From IMG/VR virus record IMGVR_UViG_2675903516_000002: a stretch of DNA of 64,000 nucleotides; one strand, given 5' to 3'. Below, piece after piece: positions 56,584-64,000 of the stretch (positions within the stretch are counted from its first letter, which is position 1; every line of letters begins with the position of its first letter). The notes beneath the pieces were generated by a model. That model saw nothing but the letters and a program-made list of their open reading frames with translations, searched no databases and was not told the DNA's origin. The translations under genes were made by a program, and so were the position numbers. Source of the DNA: an uncultured virus (IMG/VR IMGVR_UViG_2675903516_000002) (lineage: Duplodnaviria; Heunggongvirae; Uroviricota; Caudoviricetes).

Positions 56584-57438
56584 ATGGCTAAGAAAGTATC
56601 AAAATGGTTTCGTATCGGCGTTGAGGGTGATACCTGCGACGGGCGAGTGATTGACGCCGACGATATCAACCAGATGGCAGAGTCATTTGATCCGCGCGTC
56701 TACGGTTGCCGCATCAATCTGGAGCATCTGAAAAGTTACTCACCGGACAGCACTTTCCGCCGTTATGGCGATGTATCAGCACTTAAAGCGGAAACCATTG
56801 CAGACGATTCAATCCTGAACGGTAAGCGTGCGTTGTTCGCCCAAATCAGCCCAACCGATGATTTGGTGCAGATGAACAAAGCCTTACAGAAAATCTATAC
56901 CTCCATGGAAATTCGCCCGAACTTTGCCAATACCGGTAAAGCCTATCTGGTCGGGCTGGCGGTGACTGATGACCCCGCCAGCCTCGGCACTGAAATGCTG
57001 GAATTCAGCGCCAAAGCCAAACACAACCCACTGGCCGCCCGTAAGTCTCACCCGGATAACTTTTTCTCTGCGGCGGTTGAAGTGCAACTGGAATTTGAAG
57101 ACGTGGCCGAACCGGGTGCCACCTTACTCAGCATGGTGAAGTCAGTATTCAGTCGCAAACATGCAACTGATGACGCCCGTTTTAATGATGTGCATGAGGC
57201 AGTGAATGCCGTGGCAGTGCATGTGCAGGAACAGGGAGAAACCATTGAGGCCCGTTTTACCTCTATTGAGAAGCAATTTGCTGACCAAGTGGTGGAGCTA
57301 AAACAGAGCATCGAAAAGGGAAAACAAGGGGTTACGTCCCTCGAAACCAAACTTTCTATCACTGAAAACTTTAGCCAGACCAAACGCCCGGAATCCACCG
57401 GCGGTAACAATCAAAACGATGTATTGACCGACTGCTAG
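56584..57438 (+). CDS. O: Capsid scaffold/protease
   Basis: EGDTCDGR, INLEH, YLVGLAVTDDPASLGTE. Confidence 0.95.
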   Translation: MAKKVSKWFRIGVEGDTCDGRVIDADDINQMAESFDPRVYGCRINLEHLKSYSPDSTFRRYGDVSALKAETIADDSILNGKRALFAQISPTDDLVQMNKALQKIYTSMEIRPNFANTGKAYLVGLAVTDDPASLGTEMLEFSAKAKHNPLAARKSHPDNFFSAAVEVQLEFEDVAEPGATLLSMVKSVFSRKHATDDARFNDVHEAVNAVAVHVQEQGETIEARFTSIEKQFADQVVELKQSIEKGKQGVTSLETKLSITENFSQTKRPESTGGNNQNDVLTDC

Positions 57439-57512
57439 TTGGGGTCACTGGCCGCCAGCTGTGCGGCCCACTGGTTATTTCACCCATATTATTTAACTGA
57501 ATCAGGATTATT

Positions 57513-58742
57513 ATGCGCCCAGCAACCCGTTTTAAATTTAATGCCTATCTAACCCGTCAAGCCGAGCTGAACGGGGTAGAAACAGGCGACCTGAATAAAA
57601 AATTCAGCGTCGAACCCTCTGTTACGCAAACCATCATGACCCGCGTGCAAGAGTCCTCAGAATTTCTGAGCCGCATCAATATTGTGCCGGTATCGGAGTT
57701 GACCGCCGAAAAGGTCGGTCTTGGTGTCAATGGCTCGGTTGCCAGCACCACCGATACTGACGGTGGCGACGAACGCGAAACTGCCGAGTTTGCCTCACTA
57801 GACAGTGAGAAGTATTTCTGTGAGCAGGTGAACTACGATTTCCATATTCGCTATAACACCCTTGACCTGTGGGCGCGCTATCAGGACTTCCAGACCCGTT
57901 TGCGCGACGCCATTATCAAGCGGCAGGCACTTGACCGCATCATGGCAGGCTTCAATGGCACTCACCGCGCCAAAACCTCTAACCGCGCACTCAACCCGCT
58001 GTTGCAGGATATCGCGCCGGGCTGGTTACAAAAATACCGCACCAATGCGCCAACCCGCGTAATGAGTAACATCATCGGTGAAGATGGTGCGGTTGTGTCA
58101 GAAAAAATCCGTGTCGGTCATGGCGGTGATTACGTCAATCTGGATGCGCTGGTGATGGATGCCACCAATAACATGATTGCTGAATGGCATCAGGAAGACC
58201 CTGAACTGGTGGTTATCACTGGCCGCCAGTTGATGCAGGATAAATATTTCCCCATCGTCAACAAAGAGCAGGAAAACAGCGAAACCCTCGCCGCTGACTT
58301 GATTATTAGCCAGAAACGTATCGGCAATTTACCGGCTATCCGTGTGCCTTTCTTCCCGGCTAACGCATTCATGATAACCCGCCTCGATAACCTGTCTATT
58401 TACTGGCTGGAAGACTCGCACCGCCGCCATATCGATGAGAACGCCAAGCGTGACCGCATCGAAAACTACGAGTCCATTAAACAGGATTATGTCGTGGAAG
58501 ATTACACCTGTGGCTGTCTGGTGGAAAACATCGAAATCTTACCGGCGAAAAAAGACAGCACCTCGTCCCCGGCTGCGGCCGCATTGATGGTATCGGAAGC
58601 CCCGAACTATGACGGCCTGGCTGCGGCGATCATGGCAGCGGTGAAAGTGGCGTCGAACCCGGAGGATGCCACAGTGGAAACCGCTACTGAAACTCCCCCG
58701 GAAACCACAGAAGAAGCACCGGCAACCAAAGGGAGCAAATAA
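57513..58742 (+). CDS. N: Major capsid protein with C-terminal extension
   Basis: KFSVEPSV, DRIMAGFNG, NLSIYW, YVVEDY. Confidence 0.96.
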   Translation: MRPATRFKFNAYLTRQAELNGVETGDLNKKFSVEPSVTQTIMTRVQESSEFLSRINIVPVSELTAEKVGLGVNGSVASTTDTDGGDERETAEFASLDSEKYFCEQVNYDFHIRYNTLDLWARYQDFQTRLRDAIIKRQALDRIMAGFNGTHRAKTSNRALNPLLQDIAPGWLQKYRTNAPTRVMSNIIGEDGAVVSEKIRVGHGGDYVNLDALVMDATNNMIAEWHQEDPELVVITGRQLMQDKYFPIVNKEQENSETLAADLIISQKRIGNLPAIRVPFFPANAFMITRLDNLSIYWLEDSHRRHIDENAKRDRIENYESIKQDYVVEDYTCGCLVENIEILPAKKDSTSSPAAAALMVSEAPNYDGLAAAIMAAVKVASNPEDATVETATETPPETTEEAPATKGSK

Positions 58743-58745
58743 ACC

Positions 58746-59405
58746 ATGACCAGTCCTGCGCGCCGCCACTTTCTGAGACAGTCGGCTATTGCTGCCTCAC
58801 AGCTGCGGGATAACCCGCTGCGCCACGCCACCGGCTACGAGCTGATGTTGCTCAAGCTCAATGAAGATAAGCGCAAGCTGAAACAGGTGCGTTCAAATGA
58901 GCGTAAAGCCGAGCTGAAGCGGCAGTTATTGCCGGATTACCTGCCGTGGATCTCTGGCGTGTTGAGTGAGGGGAAAGGCGCGCAGGACGCCATTGTAATG
59001 ACCATCATGATTTGGCGTCTGGATGCCGGGGATATCCCCGGTGCACTGGATATCGCCCGTTATGCCCTGCGTTATCAGTTAGTGCCAACTGACCGCTTTA
59101 CCCGCTCTACCGCCTACCTGATTGCCGAGGAAGTCGCGGACGCTGCGGCGCGCGCCTATGCCACCGGTAAGCCGATTGATATTGAGCCTCTGCTGCAAAC
59201 CATTGAGCTGATGGAAGATGAAGACATGCCCGACCAAGTGCGCGCCAAACTGCACAAAATCACCGGCTATGTGCTGCGTGACAGTGACCGGGGCGAACTG
59301 GCCCTGAGCCACCTTCACCGCGCACTCCAATTGCATACCGGTTGTGGCGTCAAGAAAGACATTGAGCGACTGGCCGTGAAGTTAAAGAACGCCGCCAGCC
59401 GCTAA
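58746..59405 (+). CDS. M: Terminase endonuclease subunit
   Basis: MTSPARRH, VRAKLHK, GVKKDIERL. Confidence 0.93.
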   Translation: MTSPARRHFLRQSAIAASQLRDNPLRHATGYELMLLKLNEDKRKLKQVRSNERKAELKRQLLPDYLPWISGVLSEGKGAQDAIVMTIMIWRLDAGDIPGALDIARYALRYQLVPTDRFTRSTAYLIAEEVADAAARAYATGKPIDIEPLLQTIELMEDEDMPDQVRAKLHKITGYVLRDSDRGELALSHLHRALQLHTGCGVKKDIERLAVKLKNAASR

Positions 59406-59504
59406 CCCGAACGCTCCCCGAGCCGGGCGGCACGATGGCCGCAACAGGGTTTACCTTGTTAACGCCGTCGTCCACCGCCCACCCATTCTGATATTGAGGT
59501 TGCC

Positions 59505-59978
59505 ATGACCACTGTTGTTATCCCCGCGCCACGGCCTGACAAAACGGCCGAACCGGTGATTGAAAATACCTTTTTCTGGCCTGCGGTTGACCCGATAAAA
59601 CTGCGCGAGCTGTTGCGCCTTGAGGGAACCGTCACCGCCGAGCGCCTGCGCTTTACCATCAAAGGCGCTATTGCGGAGGTTAACGCTGAACTGTACGAGT
59701 ACCGCCGTGACCAGATGGCGGCAGGCTTTAAAACACTGGCCGAAGTACAGGCTGAGCAACTGGACGGTGAAAGCATCCAGTTGGCCGAGTACCAGCGCGC
59801 GGTCTGTGCCATTACGGCCGCACTGTTGGCCGAGCGTTATCGCGGCTATGACGCCAGCACGCGTGGTGATAAACGCGCGGAGGCCATTGAAAGTACGGTT
59901 GATGAGTTGTGGCGTGATGCGCGGATTAGCATTCGCAACATTGCCGGTAAGCCTCACAACATTATTGGCCTTATCTGA
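59505..59978 (+). CDS. L: Head completion protein
   Basis: IENTFFWP...LWRDAR. Confidence 0.92.
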   Translation: MTTVVIPAPRPDKTAEPVIENTFFWPAVDPIKLRELLRLEGTVTAERLRFTIKGAIAEVNAELYEYRRDQMAAGFKTLAEVQAEQLDGESIQLAEYQRAVCAITAALLAERYRGYDASTRGDKRAEAIESTVDELWRDARISIRNIAGKPHNIIGLI

Positions 59979-60181
59979 TGCAGGTCAACGCGTTGCAAGG
60001 CGACACGCTCGACGCATTGTGCTGGCGCTATTACGGGCGCACGCAAGATGTGCTGGAGAAAGTCTATGACGCGAATCCGGGGCTGTCGGAGCTGGGGGCC
60101 ATTCTGCCGCATGGTTATCCGGTGGCGTTGCCCGACATGGCCCCGGCGGCCCAACGTGAAACCGTTCAATTATGGGATTGA
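59978..60181 (+). CDS. X: Tail protein X
   Basis: QGDTLDALCWRYYGRT...ANPGL...VQLWD. Confidence 0.93.
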   Translation: MQVNALQGDTLDALCWRYYGRTQDVLEKVYDANPGLSELGAILPHGYPVALPDMAPAAQRETVQLWD

Positions 60182-60183
60182 AA

Positions 60184-60393
60184 ATGGAGAAATTTAGCTC
60201 TGCGGTAGCCTATGTATTGGCGCTGGTACTGGCGTTTATTGGCGCACTGAGTCCGCAAGATATCGCGTTTTATGTGGCGGCGGTGGCCGCTGCAGCGACC
60301 TGTTTTATCAACTGGTACTACCGGCGCAAGAGCTATTTCTTGCTGAAAGAGTTGGCTATCAGGCGGGAGGTGTTCGATGAACTCAATCGTTAA
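60184..60393 (+). CDS. Holin (HP1-like)
   Basis: Hydrophobic; INWYYRRK. Confidence 0.85.
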   Translation: MEKFSSAVAYVLALVLAFIGALSPQDIAFYVAAVAAAATCFINWYYRRKSYFLLKELAIRREVFDELNR

Positions 60394-60883
60394 GCGCTGT
60401 TTGATCGGGGCGATTCTGGCGCTGGCCGCCACCTTGCCAAATTACCAGACGCTCAACACATCGCCCGCCGGGCTAAAACTGATTGCCGATTATGAGGGCT
60501 GCCAGCTCAACGCCTACCAGTGTAGCGCCAATGTCTGGACAAATGGCATCGGTCATACGGCAGGCGTTAAGTCGGGCAGCGTTATCAGTGAGCGACAGGT
60601 GGCGGTCAATCTGGTCGCTGACGTGCAGCGGGTCGAACGGGCTATGGCGGTGTGTATGCCGGTTGCCATGCCGCAACCGGTGTATGACGCCGTGGTGTCG
60701 TTTGCCTTTAACGTGGGTACGGGGGCGGCCTGTCGCTCGACGCTGGCCTTTTTTGTCAACAAGGACGACTGGCGCAGCGCCTGCAATCAGCTGCCACGCT
60801 GGGTGTACGTCAACGGCGTGAAAACCAAAGGGTTAGAGCGTCGCCGCACCACCGAACAAACACACTGTCTGAGCGGGGTCTGA
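60377..60883 (+). CDS. Endolysin
   Basis: YEGC...WTNGIGHT...FNVG...GLERRR. Confidence 0.92.
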   Translation: MNSIVKRCLIGAILALAATLPNYQTLNTSPAGLKLIADYEGCQLNAYQCSANVWTNGIGHTAGVKSGSVISERQVAVNLVADVQRVERAMAVCMPVAMPQPVYDAVVSFAFNVGTGAACRSTLAFFVNKDDWRSACNQLPRWVYVNGVKTKGLERRRTTEQTHCLSGV

Positions 60884-60884
60884 T

Positions 60885-61301
60885 ATGCGCACATTACTTC
60901 TGTTATGGGTTTTGATGATGGGGGTGCTGGCGTGGCACGCCCATAACCTTAAAAAAGAGTTAGACAGCGCCAAACTGGTGATTGGCACTTTATCCGCCGG
61001 AATTGAGAGCCGGGACAACGCGATCACCCGCCTGCAAGATGAGGCCCGGCAACAGGCAGACAATGAGCGGGCATTACGCCAATCACTGAGCCACGCCAGC
61101 ACCTTGTCATTATCTCGTGAACAGAGAATTCAAAGGTTACTCAATGAAAATAAAGTCTTGCGTGATTGGTTCGCTACTGCTTTGCCTGCTGGCGTTATCC
61201 GGCTGCACCAGCGCCCCGCGTTCGCCAACCCCAACGATTATTTACGTTGGCTGTCCGACGGTGAGCAGTTGCCCGCTGCCGGGCAGCACACCGGCGGTTA
61301 A
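60885..61301 (+). CDS. lysB: LysB i-spanin
   Basis: TM plus coiled coil, ENKVLRDW...LP. Confidence 0.85.
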   Translation: MRTLLLLWVLMMGVLAWHAHNLKKELDSAKLVIGTLSAGIESRDNAITRLQDEARQQADNERALRQSLSHASTLSLSREQRIQRLLNENKVLRDWFATALPAGVIRLHQRPAFANPNDYLRWLSDGEQLPAAGQHTGG

Positions 61302-61458
61302 CGGTGATTTAAGTGCCGATATCCGCCAGTTAGAAGCCGCACTGGTGGCCTGCGGGCTGCAAGTGGAAGCCGTTAAACAGTGTCAGGAACAACACCATGT
61401 TAAAACCCAAACTGTTACGCCAAGCCTTAACCGACAGTCTGCAACTGTTCCAGACTAA
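61144..61458 (+). CDS. lysC: LysC o-spanin
   Basis: Lipobox LSGC; NGDL...C...CQ. Confidence 0.85.
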   Translation: MKIKSCVIGSLLLCLLALSGCTSAPRSPTPTIIYVGCPTVSSCPLPGSTPAVNGDLSADIRQLEAALVACGLQVEAVKQCQEQHHVKTQTVTPSLNRQSATVPD

Positions 61459-61852
61459 CCCGGAGCGGCTGAAAATGTTTGTTGATGGCGGGCGCATTGT
61501 CTCAACACTGGCCCCGTCGCTGTCTTTTGAAAATCAATATACGCTGACGCTGTTTATTGAGGATTTCCCCGATGATGTTGATTATCTCTTTGTGCCGATA
61601 CTGGCATGGTTGCGGGAACATCAACCGGACATCATGGCAACAGAAGAAAAACGCCGCACCGGCTTTATTCATAAGGTTGATGTGATGAGCGACGTGTTGA
61701 GTGATATCCGTATCGACCTGCAACTGACTGAGCGGGCTATTGTGAAAGAGGTAGACGGTGCATTGCATGTTGACCATGCGCTGGAACCGGCGTGGCCGGG
61801 AACGCCAACACGACCAACAGCCATCTACTTTAACGGTGAAACGGTCAAATGA
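61397..61852 (+). CDS. R: Tail completion protein R
   Basis: MLKPKLLRQAL...WLREHQPD...LQLTER. Confidence 0.92.
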   Translation: MLKPKLLRQALTDSLQLFQTNPERLKMFVDGGRIVSTLAPSLSFENQYTLTLFIEDFPDDVDYLFVPILAWLREHQPDIMATEEKRRTGFIHKVDVMSDVLSDIRIDLQLTERAIVKEVDGALHVDHALEPAWPGTPTRPTAIYFNGETVK

Positions 61853-62298
61853 ATGAACTGAAACCATTTGATGACGCATTGGCCGGGCTGATTGCCAGTC
61901 TGACACCCAAAGCCCGCAAAGCGCTGGCGGTGACGGTTGCAAAACGCCTGCGGGCCAGTCAGCAACAACGCATCAAACGCCAGCAAGCGCCCGACGGCAC
62001 CCCGTATGCGGCGCGTAAATCTCAACCGTTACGTAAACCCAAGGGCCGGATTAAGCGGGAAATGTTCGCCAAGTTGCGCACCTCGCGCTATATGAAAGCC
62101 AACAGTAGTCCCGATGAGGCGGTGGTTGAGTTTGCCGGGCGCGTGGAACGGATGGCGGCAGTGCATCATTTTGGCCTGCGTGACCGTCCGAACGTGCACA
62201 GCAAAGATGTGCAGTATGATGAGCGACCGTTGCTCGGTTTTAGTCAGCAAGATATTTGGAACATTACAGACGAAATGCTAAATCACTTGTCAAAATAA
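61849..62298 (+). CDS. S: Tail completion protein S
   Basis: QQAPDGTPY, VHHFG, RPLLGF. Confidence 0.92.
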   Translation: MNELKPFDDALAGLIASLTPKARKALAVTVAKRLRASQQQRIKRQQAPDGTPYAARKSQPLRKPKGRIKREMFAKLRTSRYMKANSSPDEAVVEFAGRVERMAAVHHFGLRDRPNVHSKDVQYDERPLLGFSQQDIWNITDEMLNHLSK

Positions 62299-63367
62299 GG
62301 AATTCATGAGGAACAACTTGATTAATTGATGGTGACTTATTGGCATTAAGAATACTGTTCAAAACTGAATAGCACTCTTTATAGATATCAGGTTGCCTTT
62401 CTTTTTTAATACAAGTGTTTTGAATGTATCGCATACAAAAACCAGCGACAAGATCAGCTATTTGAATTCCTTTTTTTTTCGTTGATGATTCGAATGACAA
62501 GTTAGCTATTTCGTTGAAGTTATAATTAGATGCCGGAGTGTAAGCATTGATATTGTTTTTTTCTATCTGTACTTTCGCGGCCTTGATGATTTCATCAAAC
62601 TGCACTTGCTCGTCATGAATAAATTTAACATTAGCTATTTTACCTCGCATGCTTTTGTTAACTCTAGCATATACATTACAGAAAGATGATAGATTAGGTA
62701 GCATCCATGAGGGGCTACCATTTTTTAATAAATCCTTACTGGGAATATATGTATTATGCCTATTAACATTCTCATTTAACGCATTGTTTATGTCATCTTT
62801 AGTCATCAGCACTGAGTGCAATAAACATGAAGCTATAGGAGTAGTATCTTGAACCATGTTTTGGTAGTGTTCTACAATGCTTGAAATTACTTTTAAAGTG
62901 TCTTGTATCGTTCCACTTTCACATGAGTCTATAAATAAATGTAGAGTGGAATCTGGTAGGTTATTATATAGACTCCACGCAAAAGACTGCCTTATAAAAT
63001 TTGATTTTTCACTTTCCGTTTGCAATGCGGGCAAAACAATGTAATTAGTGATATGCGCTATTAAGAAATACCTTTTATCAACAATCTCAACAAATACAGG
63101 GAATTCATTTTTCTTTAAAAAACAAAACAACTCGACTAACAGTTCTGGTTTTTTGTAGTAGATGTTTTTTGATTTAAATTCATGCCCCTGAATTTTATGT
63201 TTTAACTTTAAACCTTCCATGAAATTAAATATATCATCTTCTTTATTATCTGGAATACCAACACAACCTAATGAAAAAACTGGTTGAGATGAAAAGTTGA
63301 ATTTCTCATCAGCATTAGCTACATCACCAGTGTTACCACTCTCATCTAGATAAAAATTGTAAGTCAT
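62264..63367 (-). CDS. DUF3800-like (RNase H-fold) protein, AT-rich cargo
   Basis: FYLDESGNTG...EFKS...HDEQ...IQIADLVAG. Confidence 0.85.
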   Translation of the reverse strand: MTYNFYLDESGNTGDVANADEKFNFSSQPVFSLGCVGIPDNKEDDIFNFMEGLKLKHKIQGHEFKSKNIYYKKPELLVELFCFLKKNEFPVFVEIVDKRYFLIAHITNYIVLPALQTESEKSNFIRQSFAWSLYNNLPDSTLHLFIDSCESGTIQDTLKVISSIVEHYQNMVQDTTPIASCLLHSVLMTKDDINNALNENVNRHNTYIPSKDLLKNGSPSWMLPNLSSFCNVYARVNKSMRGKIANVKFIHDEQVQFDEIIKAAKVQIEKNNINAYTPASNYNFNEIANLSFESSTKKKGIQIADLVAGFCMRYIQNTCIKKERQPDIYKECYSVLNSILNANKSPSINQVVPHEFLILTSDLAFRL

Positions 63368-63400
63368 GTAATTAGCTCCCTGTGTATTCCAATAAACTAT

Positions 63401-63418
63401 TGTGCCATGTCTCATACA
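63401..63418 (+). promoter_or_regulatory. Ogr/B-type late activator site upstream of V
   Basis: TGT-gccatgtctcat-ACA. Confidence 0.75.
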
Positions 63419-63464
63419 ACATGGATAAGTTTATTAGTTTTACCCTGCGTGACAAATTGTCTAC

Positions 63465-64000
63465 ATGAACACACAAACCCAAATCACTGAAATTCTGCGC
63501 CTGCTGCGTAACCTGATCCGTATTGGTACGGTGGCCGAGGTCGATCTCGACCAAGCCCTGTGCCGTGTGGCGACGGGAGACAATACCACCGGCTGGCTTA
63601 ACTGGCTGACGCTGCGCGCCGGTCAATCGCGATCATGGTGGGCACCGTCTGAGGGTGAGCAGGTGTTGATATTATCCCTCGGCGGCGAACTGGACACCGC
63701 CTTTGTGCTGCCGGGCATTTTCTCTGATGACTTCCCGCCGCCGTCGGCCTCGGCGAATGGCTTGTATATCGCCTTTCCTGACGGTGCCACGTTGCACTAT
63801 GAACCTGAGAGCGGCGAGTTGCAGGCTGATGGCATCAAAACGGCGGTTATCAATGCCAGTGAATCGATAAATGCCACTGCCCCTACTATCACCTGTGCCG
63901 CCTTGGTCAAAATCCTGCTGGACACACCCGAAGTGGAATGCACCAACAACCTGACTACCGGCACGTTGAACGTGAAGAAAGGCGGCACGATGAGCGGCAA
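63465..64000 (+). CDS. V: Baseplate spike protein V (truncated by window)
   Basis: Read by hand: MNTQTQITEILRLLRNLIRIGTV...WWAPSEGEQV...FPDGA. Confidence 0.93.
   Translation, partial: MNTQTQITEILRLLRNLIRIGTVAEVDLDQALCRVATGDNTTGWLNWLTLRAGQSRSWWAPSEGEQVLILSLGGELDTAFVLPGIFSDDFPPPSASANGLYIAFPDGATLHYEPESGELQADGIKTAVINASESINATAPTITCAALVKILLDTPEVECTNNLTTGTLNVKKGGTMSG

Larger units (their letters stand above)
42340..64000. mobile_element. Phage 186/P2-like prophage (right end beyond window)
   Basis: int-cI/apl-cII-A-tum-cos-Q-P-O-N-M-L-X-lysis-R-S-V order. Confidence 0.97.

Overview
The window is entirely prophage DNA from an enterobacterium (a Yersinia-like host is my inference, not shown). Two prophages lie in tandem and meet at a 54-bp 3' half of tRNA-Leu(UAA) at 42286-42339. 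Left (1-42285, left end outside the window) is a lambdoid siphovirus with tail, head, terminase, lysis, Q, methyltransferase, replication, cro/cI, recombination, xis and int genes, plus a cargo hotspot in the tail operon. Right (42340-64000, right end outside the window) is a phage 186/P2-like prophage with int, cI, apl, cII, gpA with ori, tum with a LexA box, cos, head genes Q/P/O/N/M/L, lysis genes and tail genes R/S/V, plus AT-rich cargo (DUF4062-like, TerB-like/BRCT, DUF3800-like). Main candidates for undescribed biology: (1) a possible phage-private Csr-like translational regulon: a CsrA-like protein, a GAGGCAAGACC motif over several early-gene RBSs paired with upstream GACC-loop hairpins, and a non-coding stretch displaying several copies; (2) a Cys-rich protein shared by both unrelated phages, each copy abutting a GTGAC-N2-GTCAC palindrome that recurs elsewhere; (3) a secreted stand-alone TonB C-terminal domain; (4) a Walker-B-degenerate terminase ATPase paralog; (5) a second unknown gene family shared by both head operons. 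All family names come from recalled motifs and synteny; no searches were run.
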